From Nageia nagi (Eukaryota > Plantae > Pinophyta): a DNA stretch of 64,000 nucleotides. The notes under the pieces were generated by a model, which was not told where the DNA came from, did not search any database, and saw only the letters and a list, made by a program, of their open reading frames with translations. Of this stretch, positions 27,377 to 38,818 are shown one piece after another; the first letter of the stretch is position 1, and every line of letters begins with the position of its first letter. A program made the translations under genes and the position numbers. The stretch lies in contig JBITNC010000001.1 in NCBI GenBank assembly GCA_050084985.1, positions 145,576,001 to 145,640,000 of the forward strand. The letters are read 5' to 3'.

Positions 27377-28973
27377 GGTAATTAAGAGATAGTTTTTAAA
27401 TAGACCTTATTCACTATATACTCTGTATTTTCTCTAAGTATCATCTATAAATTCTATCCATATCTCATAAAATGTAATGAGAACTTTGTGATATATTAAC
27501 AAATCCATTCCTATAATGACATTGTAGGAATATAAATGATCGATATAAATATCTCAAATAGTTGATCCTTTTAGAAACATGATCTCTATGTCCTTAAAAT
27601 ACTACCTAACTTTATAAATTTGTTAAGATCCATACTCAACATTCTACCTAATTGATAAAAACTTTTGGTATTTATGGTATATCAAGACTATGCTAGTGGA
27701 AATAAAATTATAAGTTGCACTTTTATTTATTAAAAGTTTAAAATACTTGTTAAGGATTATACCTAAAATTTGTAGAGGAGTTCCTTTCCACATCATATTC
27801 ACTTATCTAGTTCCTACAAATTTTTTTCCTTATGCTTATAGTGGCCTTATCTTTAATGGGTATTGATTTACATAATAATGTTACTCACAATTACAACATC
27901 CATCCTTTTATATCTTATTTTGTTCCTATATCTTGTCCCTTGGTACTGATTGATTTAGTTCAAAATGCTTCTGTTTGAACTTAGGTCAACAATAAGGCTC
28001 ATTCCTCTTTTGAAAATATTTCTTCTTGTGATCCTTATTTCTAAAATATTTTTGTTTAAAGTTCTCCTTAACCTTATTTTTTTTTATATTTCTCTTATGT
28101 TTTTATTATGTTGATACTATAGATGTTATTCTTTTTCTCATTTTGTGAATCAAATATTATTCATATCTCTCATGGGTTTCTTCTCTTTTTCATCAAGGAT
28201 GTTGTAATTAAAGAAAGATTGCTTGATTCTAATGTTTCCTTCCTCTTTCTTAGCTAGTTCATAAGCTTCCTCAAGGGTTTTAGGGTTCAAAATATTCATA
28301 ACTATTTTGATTCTTTGGTCCAAGACAACCAAGAATTGATAAACATTTATGTGATTATATCTTTTTGGACATATTTAAAACAATTGATGAACTTTTGATA
28401 GTAACTTTGCACACTCATTATTCCTTCTTGTAAAGTATAGCATTCTTCATACTTTTTAGTGATGAAGTGTGTAAGAATGAATATTTTTCTAAATGCTACA
28501 ATGAAATCATCCCATTTCAAATATTGAATCTTATTTTCTACCTTGTATGAATTCCACCATTCTAAAGCAAATTCTTGAAAGTTATATGTGGCCCAAACTA
28601 TTATTATTTTAGGAGACAATATCTTCATAGAGAAGTAAGTTTCAATATCATCCAACTAGATTTTGATAGTTTCCCTTCATGGTTACCATTGAACCTTAGT
28701 ACTTGAACTTTATTTGAATCATTTTCTAATTCTTATTCAAGTATAACTTGTAGGATTTTTAGGGAGTTCTTATGGATTCTAGTTAGTAAGAAGAGTATCA
28801 ATTAACTCTTATTCCTTAGCCAATTTTTCTTCAAGCTTTTTGATAGCCTCAACATGCTCTTCATTTTCTTGATTATAATTCTTATTTTGGGAATTAATAG
28901 CATTTTCATTAAGGTTATTATTCCTTTTAATCCCTTGGGTATGTGTGCTTGGAGTTCTTCTTATATATGCCAT
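27377..28973 (-). pseudogene. Gag-protease remnant of the host chromovirus
   Basis: 'WATYNFQEFALEWWNSYKVE...LKWDDFIVAFRKIF' and 'NPKTLEEAYELAKK' are homologous to the nested gag. Degenerate protease motif 'LLINKSATYNFIS' (from LIDSGATHNFIS) at ~27700-27740. Confidence 0.85.
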
Positions 28974-29137
28974 TGATATATAATCACAACTAAAGGGGTT
29001 TAGTTAGGAAACATAGATCATCATAGAAAACATAATCCTTAACAAACTTAAGTTCAACATACTCATCCAATCAAGATAATTATCTATTTTCAAGTTCTCC
29101 TTCCCTTGTTCTAATTAAAGCTAGGATTTAACACCAA

Positions 29138-31052
29138 TGTAACATTCCACCAATTCCTACACTTGATACAATCCTAAAATTTTAGACCTATTTTTTTATA
29201 TTTGACACCCATATGTTTTCTACAATTGGACAAAGGTTATCCATATATGCATGCATACATCACTAGCTAGTTGACACTCATGTAGGAAATAATGACCAAA
29301 TAAAAAATAATAAATCATGTATAATATGATATAGAGTACACTCTCCTAACAATCATACTAGTGGAAAGATGTTCATATAATGATCGATCCATTCTTAACT
29401 ATGATGTAGATTCCTGCAAGAGACAAAATAGATCTCCAAAATTAACTCACAACACATGAGTAAATCAATGGAAGAATAAAATCCACAAACATGAATTCTT
29501 TATTCTTCTAAATCTACACTAACCTTTTCAAGTCTATTACAAACTATAATATAGAAAGTAGAAAATGCTAATTCAAAAAAATAATCAACCATTTAGAAAT
29601 AAGGATATTACTAAAAATAACAAGTTTCTAAAGATAGAAAGGTTCTAAAAATATAAAGTTCCTTAGATTATACCCAAACTTGGCATACAATCCTAGTTAA
29701 CATGGACCAAGGTGCAACCCAATTTATTCCCCTAAACATATTCTACTACAAAAGATATTAAAGTCTACTTATTGAAAAATCCTAAAAATTGATACTAAAA
29801 GCTAATTTTGAGAAAATAAATGATGGATTTAGAATGATTAGAAAAATTTCCCTTTAGGGTCATGCTTAGCTCTCCATATTTTAGCTCTCCTCAAAATTTT
29901 AATATGATTTAAAGGTCAGATCAAAAGTTATGATCATTTGAAGTTGCATCAAACTACATCACACATAGTGCAATCATTTTTGTCACAACGTTAGTAGTTT
30001 TCTCTTGGGGCCCATATCACCCAAGAGAGAAAAATTTCAAGATTATTTTTCATCATTTGATAAATAATTAATATTATACATCATCACCTAATGAATAATC
30101 CTCCACATTAAATAATATGGGTATAATGCAATTGCCCATGGAACACTTTTCATATCCTCATATTTAAACTAGAAAGTTTATGACTTGTAATCTCCCTTAT
30201 TTGATAATTGTAATTTTATTGATTTATACCACTTTAACATTACCTTTCATTAGGATATGGGTTACTATACTTCTCATATATATCAACTAGGCCCACTATT
30301 TGCCAAATACCCTCATGCCTATATCTTGAGGGATCATAAACTAGATATAACAACATTGCCTAAAATACATATATTGGGTGTTTAGTTTAGTATAAATCAT
30401 TTTATTATATATGATCAAAATATATCTACATTTAATATAATAGATATTATCAATAATGAGTCAATTATCAATTTTCTATATTTAATAATTTCTTTACTCT
30501 AAGCAATTAGGATGTTAATAAAATCTAGGAATGCATAATAAATAAGCAAAGGAACTATTATAATACAATTAAACTTGTAATGAAATTATTTATCATTTCT
30601 ATAGTTCCATCAAATATTTTCATAAATAATTACAATATACTCATAAAATACAAAATCATCAATTTTATAATTATTGTGATAAAGGAAACTGAATGTATTA
30701 AAAAAATACAAGTGAACAATATATTTCTAAATGCTATAAGTGTAATTATCCCACATGCTTTTAGAAGGAGAAATAGGATAAGTTTATAAGGTATCAATCT
30801 TGAAATAGAAATAAATAAGAGACTTATTAATATAATCCTCATGTTCTTCTAGGAAGGAATGGGAAATAATAGTTGCTTTTGACTTCTCTCTTAGATAAAG
30901 ACTAGTTTTTTCATCATTTAAAAGTGTCTCTTTTCATTTCATCTCTTCCAATAATTCATTATGCTTGGTTTAAACTATGTTCATTGATTTTATATTAGTC
31001 TCATGTTGAATTTATAGTTTTATCAAAACTATAATAATATTTTATACCTAAC
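29138..31052 (-). repeat. 5' LTR of the host chromovirus, interrupted at 29402-30019 and truncated at ~31052
   Basis: TGTAAC at 29138 adjoins the degenerate PBS (29125-29136). 29138-29400 and 30070-30350 resemble the reverse complement of the 3' part of the nested element's LTR. 30227-31052 matches 9357-10190. Confidence 0.8.
29402..30019. mobile_element. Probable solo LTR inserted in the host 5' LTR
   Basis: TGATGTAG...CATATCA inverted termini; host-LTR homology stops at 29401 and resumes after 30019. No clean TSD (AACTA vs CCCAA). Confidence 0.5.
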
Positions 31053-31329
31053 TCTTAGAACTCAACTATACCCCACCATTTTTTCAAAGCAAAAGTGTAC
31101 CATAATAGGTTATTACTTGATTATACCCTTATTTATAGATAATCAATTCAGTTTTGGAGAGAATGAATTAGCCCAAGTATAAAATTGAATGGAGAACATA
31201 CATGATGGTATTAGATAATTATAGTTAAAATTTTATCTCATAAGAAATTGATTCATTATATCAACTCATATTTTCTTGACAAGATCAAAGGTTTCTTATC
31301 AGAGTTGAAGTTTGTCTTTATGTGAAATT

Positions 31330-32830
31330 TTAGTTAATTTCAAATAATTATATTTATTAATTCGCAAATTATATTAACTTTAAATTTGTATAATGATTTT
31401 ATATTTAAATTTACAATGTTTAATATAACTTTCATCCAATTTGGAGTATTTTTGATAAGTTTAATCGGATAAATTTTGCATGAATTGAATAACTCCTTTG
31501 AAGGTAGGATAACTTAATGCAGTCAACTTCAAAATTCTATATATCCTAAAATACAACTCTGTTCAATATGATTCTTTTTGAAAATGGTTAAGGATAAAGT
31601 ATTAAATATTTAATCAATTTTTTAGCTCATTTGGAATAGTTTGTTCACTTAAAATGTTTACCATATAGAGATGATGCTTACCTGATAACATTCTAGTGTT
31701 GTTTCATATAGTCAACCTTAGATGGATATATCTAAAGATATAAATGCAAATTAGTTGATTATTTTTGAATATGATTAACAATGAAGTAAAAAATATGTGG
31801 TATATTTTTTAGTTTAATTATATAGATATTTATTTATGTGATTTGAATTGGATACTGTTAGGTTGTTCTATATAAGAGCAATACTCATTCTAGAGGTATC
31901 TATTCTTAGAGGTAGAATTAAGATTGAAATATGAAGTTGATCAACATAAAAAATCATACCATAAGCAACATGCAACACTATATATAGTATGGTAATAATA
32001 TGCATCTTTATTATTCAATAAGGGAAGTTGAAGGGACATCAACATTTTGGGAAGCTAAGCGGTTAGTGTCTTCAACCGACATATTGGAGATGGTTCCAAG
32101 ATTATCTAATGGTGTGCTACTCTTTGATTCCATAGAGATAATAAAGATAGAGAGAGTTTAGAATTTTATGATTGTAAGAATTTGAAGGAATACCAAGATT
32201 CATTCAATAATTTTTGTTGTTATGAAGTTATTCTTCTTATTGTAGGAGATTAGAATAATTACAAGAGGTTGTATTGCCCTTGTGTTTGATGGTAATCCTC
32301 TATGCATGTAATATTGTAATGTCCATAGATAATGAGAAGAGAAGGCTCCAATTCCATGTTTAATTAGCCCATATTGGGTGAACAAGGGTAAATCATTGTG
32401 TTGATCTTGTTGTGTATTTGATATTGTTAGTTTTATAGTTTACAATTGTCCAATTTCAAATTTATATGTAACTTGATGGATATCATAATGGTGAATGTTT
32501 TTCATTTGAATCTATAGGTGAGGATCTAAGTATACTATAAGAATATGAAGATTATGGATCATAATGCAAAAAATTACATGAAATAAATGATGCTTACCCA
32601 AGAGGATTCATATGTTATCTAATATAGTCAACTTTAGAATGCTATATATTACAAAATACAACTCCATTTGATTTGATTCCTTTTTTATATGGTTTAATAT
32701 GAAGCAAACAATATTTGATTCAAGTTTTACCTCATTTAGAATAGTGTAACTCAATTAAAGTTCTTACCTAATGGGATCCTTATGTTGATTTATAAATTCA
32801 ACTTTAAAACATTATATCTATTGATTGAAG
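31330..32830. repeat. Degenerate ~190-bp repeat units within LTR-like sequence
   Basis: The AGTCAAC(T/C)TT...TATATAT..AAAATACAACTC core recurs at ~31521, 31710, 32626 and 32797. An LTR-type TAGCCC.ATTGGGTGAAC motif at 32365 is shared with 35755. Confidence 0.55.
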
Positions 32831-35249
32831 CTACAGTATGAAGAAAAGGAAATGGGAAGAAAGTTAAGTTTTGTATGGATTTCAAATATTTGGAGACCTA
32901 AAATGCCCTATGGATTTTGATGGCCCATTTTGGAATAATATTCATGAATTCTTATAGGATTTTACCAAATAGGAGCTTCAAGATATTGAAAATATGTTAG
33001 CTTGGTCATTGGTGCTTAAGATCAATGATGATAGGAAAAGCTTATCACCTATAGTGCGACCATTTTCGTTGCATAGGTGAGGAATAAATATACATAATGT
33101 ATAAATCACTTTATGTTTTATATTTTGGATATGCATGCATTTTGAATAGATTATACTGGAAGGATGGACCCATAATTTGGTATGTAAGTTGATGTCTATG
33201 TTGATTTGAAGTCAAGTGTGGGTATCTAGAAGGAGAAAGGAGTAATAGAATTGACTATAATGGCATAACTACAGACATAAGCAATGTATTTAACACATGT
33301 TTGGGTGATTGCAAGTTTTGGGATTATAGGTTTTCATAACTTGCTATGCCAATAGATTAGAATCAAATTATGTATCTTACATGTGATTTATATTATCTTT
33401 TGGTAGCCTTATTATTGTATCCATCATCATAGAGTAGTTTTCCTGAAGATTGACTCTTTATTTACATAAGGTTTTGGTTTTGATTTGTCATTCATGTTTT
33501 CCATTCTAGTTTATTATGTATAATGTCAAGCCCTCCTAAAAAGTATTATGTGATATTTAATTATCTATTTGAAATGAAGTAGCTTAAAGAAATTATAGTA
33601 CAAACCTTGGCATGGGATATAAAAGTCCTTGTACCATACTAGTCTACAAGTAAAACAAGTTAACAATGTACTCAATTTGAATTATGCACCAATAAAGGAA
33701 ACTATAGTTGATGAAATATTATATATCTAAATATTTATCAAAGATTAATGTCCAACCTTTGATACTCCATGTGGAATGACTTGCTGACGTGGAGGACAAG
33801 GATGTTCATTACTAACTACATTAATAATAAAAGGTGAAAAATAATTTTTTTCTTTTTTTATCATTTTCTTGAGTTTAATTGTATTCAAACAAATAAATTT
33901 CAAACTTTGTGGAATGCTCTACTTATTTCCAATATTTAAATTTGACGAAAAATAATATTTCTCACTCAATAATTATAAGTTATGTATAGTAAAAAAATCA
34001 ATTATTTTTTTATGGTATACCCATTGAACTTGGTTGTAATAGCTGGTATATATTGCATTGTAAATTCAACTGTATGTTTAGTTTTCAAGGGAGATAATCC
34101 TATTTTCATAGAGATTGCATATTAGTAAACACAATAATATTATTAACTTCTTCATTATCAAGTCTTATACCTCCATGCTTATCATTAATGCAAGATATTT
34201 ACTATGAATGACATAATGGCTAGGTGATATCAATGCAAGCCATTACACACTGAAACACAACTAATGATATAAGAACAACAAAGCCAATTATTCATTATAT
34301 CTATCCTTAAAATAAATTAATTACCATCCAAGAACATTATCAAATAATGAAAATGTAATCCACACAAAATCATAATTATAAGCCAACTTGGAACTCTCTC
34401 ATTATACAATATCAAGGCTTAGGCTATATATACAAATGGCAAGCATCAAACATAATGAGTAACAACTTCAGCCAAAGTAAATATTTATCTTCATAATTGA
34501 GTCAAGGTAATTTGTTCAATACAAATAATATTTAATACACTTCTCATGCATTTTTGATATAATAAGAATATATTAGTGACATGATCTACTAATTTAGGAT
34601 ACACACAATCGACTACACATAACATACATGACCTAACTATTTTCCATTTGTAAATATCTTACAATTCTAAGTACATAAAATTTTAACAATATTGACTATA
34701 ATAATAATAATAACATAGAATCTAATACAAGATAAATATAGTTTCAAATTTAGAAATAAACAAATCCTTTATTCATTTCCACTAAGATTATGGTTCAAGT
34801 TTATCTCTTGTAAGCATTTTATAGATATGAGAGGACCTCTCTTTGAATCCAACAAGGGGGTATGAGGTCTCCCAAAAATTCTCTAAGAGAGAACTCCTCC
34901 TTCCCAACATCTCTCCACCAAATAATTGTTGGGCATGTTTCATCCTTTGTAAAAGGAAATATTCTACATAACTACATTTTAGTGTAGGTAAAAAAATGAA
35001 GTACCTATACTACTTAAAATGGGATGAAAGTTTGTATGTATATTCTATGCATTAATATCTTTTTAATAGTTCAAAGAACATACAAAATGGAGCCCTAGAT
35101 AAAAAGTTATGACTTTTACAAGTTAACTAGTTTTATAGTGACTACAACTACATTTTTTAGTGGGAGACAATTGGATAAAATGTAATGGGTGATTTTAGCC
35201 CATGGTTTTATGCTCATCAGTGTAAGATGCATTAAATATTTTGGAATAA

Positions 35250-36210
35250 TGTTGAATAATATTGGAATGATCCTATACTAGTGTGTATGCCCTAGTTTGG
35301 GAATGAGAGCACATGATGGTGGATTTTGAATTAGATATTGAGAGGATCACATATATTGAAGGTTTGAGTATGTAACATGGTGATAGTGTGTTGTTCATGT
35401 TGGTATTTAGATGGATCACATAATGTGAATGGGGTAGATCACATTATTTGTTAGTATAATATATATGGCAAACATGATATATAGATCTTGATACATATAT
35501 GGAGCATGGTATAGTGTTGAGCATGGTGTATGTGAATGTACAAACTATGGAGATCTCATGTTGTATAACATGAGGGTTATATCATGTATTTGTGATATGT
35601 AGATTATATGATGCTTATTGTATGGAGATCACTCAAGGTACTATGATTGCACATGTGATTTTACATTATATGATCTAGAGGTGGATTTTCTTGATTGTAC
35701 AAAGCATTGATAATATAATCAGAAGGATTTTGAACTCCTTATTATTGTTATATGTAGCCCAAATTGGGTGAACTAGGGTAAATATTTTTGTTATGTGGTA
35801 TCATTACATTGTTATTTATTTATTTTTACACTATCACTTGAAAATAGTCTTGTTAGATCCTAACAAGTGGTATCAAAGCTAGTTCTTATGAGGTCTTGAT
35901 GAGAGAGATTGAGTTGGGAGGAGAGTTGGAGGATCATTCTAACCTAGCTCCATTGAGAAGTTGCATAGTGAGAACCCTAAGAGAGTTATCTCTAAATGTC
36001 AAGATGGTTGGTGTGGCCATGGGGCATGAGTATTGAGTAGATGTGCTCCCTTTGTGTTGTAAGTGGTTATGGATGTGAGCATATTCAGGTAGAGGAATGT
36101 GTATACAAATCATAGTGAGAGTATGGTGGCTTAGATGTGTGCTAATTTCTAGGGTTGTTCTTCTACACTGTGAGAGGAGTATTGCATGGGCGAGGATGCT
36201 TGTCACTTGA
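35250..36210 (+). mobile_element. LTR 3' end + PBS + leader of a truncated LTR retrotransposon
   Basis: ...CCTAACA ends at 35865, followed by AG and TGGTATCAAAGC (35868-35879). No coding region follows and the outer boundaries are approximate. Confidence 0.6.
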
Positions 36211-37209
36211 AGGAACTATACTTATCTAAAATAAGCACATAGGATACCATTAGAAATATCTTGGAAATTAATTTACTATGAAATACAAAACATAAAAAAT
36301 AGATGAGTATTTAATAAGCTATAATATCTAAAAGTTGGCAATTTAGTCTTTTTAGATAAAACTAAAATGACTATTATAGTTCAAATAAAAAGTATAAAAC
36401 ATATTTTCTTAAATATTAATTAAGTGACTCATATTTGTATATGATAAAAAATAGTGCTAAATTATAATAAAGGATGATGCATTTATATCTACTTTAAATA
36501 ATGAACAAAGGAACTTAATTACTTATGATTACTTAATAACTTCTTGAAGTAACTAGGAATAATGATGATAATAAAACTAAAGCAATAATATGCCCTAACC
36601 TATGATATAATAGATAATAAACATCTATCTATTACTTACCTAAATGATTAAGGAATACTTAAGAAAAGGTAGAAAAATATAATAACTTATGTCTCACATC
36701 TTAGAATGATGAGTCACATGTATGCTAGTAATTCTGAAGATATGAGTTTCTCACTTTGATATTGATATCATTGAATCATATTTCAAGAATATGGTTAAGT
36801 AAAGGATAGATTTTGAGTGTAAAAAATTCCAATATTGGTAGGTTGTGTTGAAGAACACCAATAAGTTTGTGACATATATGCATAGTCTTATCGAGATGAA
36901 ATCATGATAGTCTTCCCATACATATAATTATCAATTTATAGGTTTAGGATCATACATGAATGCACCTTTTTATTCTAGCATCTAAGTTGGTGGTTTGACC
37001 TAAAAAATAAGTTAATTCCACATGAGAAATAACTTATCTAGATCATAAGAAATAATAAAAATATAGCATAATATCATATTCATCCTAACATAGTAAGGGT
37101 TATGTGACATATAGTTTGGACCAAAAAGGGTTTCAAATTATGTGTCAATAGATTCCCCCTTTGAAAGTTGTATACCATAAAATATTTCACAATCAAGGGT
37201 TAGGGTACA

Positions 37210-37498
37210 TTTTAGAGTATTAAGTTCACTTAGGATTATTTTCATTTATTTCCTAAGTTTACTATTCTCTAGCTAGTTTGTTGTGGTGATAACCACTTCT
37301 TTGTTAGTTTGTGCATTTTTACATTCTTGCATGATTAGCATGTTGTTGTACATTAGTTTATATTTTCCATATTTATTTGGGCTCCATTATCATTCCAATA
37401 TTAATTCAATTTGAGGATTTTAGCTTCTCTCTCATTCTTATGGTGCTCTTGCATTTCCCTTTTTTGGGTGTGATTTGATCTCCTTGCAAATCTTCACA
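37210..37498 (+). repeat. 5' LTR (289 bp)
   Basis: Direct repeat of 42918-43200; ends CACA immediately before the PBS. Confidence 0.95.
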
Positions 37499-38818
37499 TG
37501 GTACTAGAGCTGGTTGGATTCTTCCAAGCATCCAAACTTGTTATGTGAAGCTTTATTAGATTTTATTCTTTTAGGTTGTGTAATATTCCCTTAGATGCAT
37601 TCTCTAGCTTCATTTCCTATCTATGGTACTCTTGCATTTCCTTTTTCTGGGTGTGATTTTCTCTCCTTGTAAATCTTCACAAAGATTCTAATTTATCCCA
37701 TGCCTCATGTGATGTGGTTATGCCATCAATATGGAACCAAAAACTCTAACTTAAATTAGGTTTTATTATACCAAACACTTCACCAATTGCCTTTGTGAAT
37801 GACCAAGTTTGTAGGGATCTTTTCCTATGAATTTGCAATCTAGCTAAACTCTTGCATAGACACTACATTTGCTATCTACTCATGGCTTGGCCTATCCAAA
37901 CTTGAGTTCTTTAGCTTGATTGTGTTGTTCCTTTCTCCTCTACTATGTGTTATCCATGTAAAACCACTCAAACTTTGTGGTTGTTCTTCTCTTCATGGTG
38001 GTGGACTAGAAAACATTCTCTACAGACTCAATTTTTACAAGCATTTTTCAAGCACTTCATGTAGTAGAATGACCTCCTCTCAGGCTATGACTCCATAGTC
38101 CAAATCAATGTGTTTTTATATGGCTTGAATTAATCTCAATAAAATCAAGTGCCTTCACTCTATAGGTGATTTCCCTCAATCCTCCTCACTTGCATGGTCC
38201 TCCTTCCTCTTGGTTGGCTGTAATCACATCATAGGTCTAGCAAATTTCTCCTAGTGATTGGTGTGTGGGAAGTTGTGGGAGTTTGTCTAGTTTTGCAAAT
38301 TTCTCCCTCTTTGTTACTCTTCACTCTTCTATATTTCCATTTGCATCTTTCAAATCACACTACCTACTCACTCAAGACTTCATTTTTGACAATGCCTTTG
38401 GGTCTATCTTCTCTCTCCTTGATCTACCAATAAGCCACCTTCGATAGCCCATCTAAGGTTTAAATTTATTGGTTTGCCCCTATAGTTCTCCAATAATAAA
38501 AAATAATTATTTTTATAATTTCTAAATTGGATAAATATTTTATTAATAGTTTTTAGGAGGCCATTTATTTAATTTTGGAGGCATAAGGATTTAATTGCAT
38601 AACTTGGGCAAACAAAATCCATTTGGGGTGCCATTTTTGTAGTGTAAATATAGAGAAGAGATCTTTTAGACTATTTGTATTGTAATCCTTGTAGGCAAGA
38701 TTTTGGGAGGGGGGTCATTTGAAAGTGAATAAAAATTTGGGTGGGGTATTCATGTTTTGAGTGCTAATTTTTCCACCTCTCTTGTTACTTGGTTCCTTGG
38801 TCTATTTGGTGTTTTGAG

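Larger units (their letters stand above)
9357..31052 (-). mobile_element. Ty3/gypsy chromovirus (Tekay/Del-like) host element, decayed, split by a nested insertion; outer LTR ends not resolved
   Basis: 9357-10190 and 30227-31052 are direct repeats (LTR pair). PPT at 13901-13912, PBS at 29125-29136. gag-PR at 27377-28973 and RT-RH-INT-chromodomain at 13985-16504, all on the minus strand. Confidence 0.85.

Noticed and set aside
6219-30752. 16-bp inverted match GGGATAATTACACTTA (6219-6234) / TAAGTGTAATTATCCC (30737-30752; similar at ~9877-9890) as TIRs of a giant DNA transposon
   Set aside because: The match does not extend, and the right-hand copies lie inside both host LTRs, so they are LTR sequence.
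30580-36206. Short ORFs at 30580, 30630, 32200 and 35934
   Set aside because: They have low-complexity I/N/K/F or H/T/L composition, lie within LTR or leader sequence, and show no recognisable domains or splice structure.
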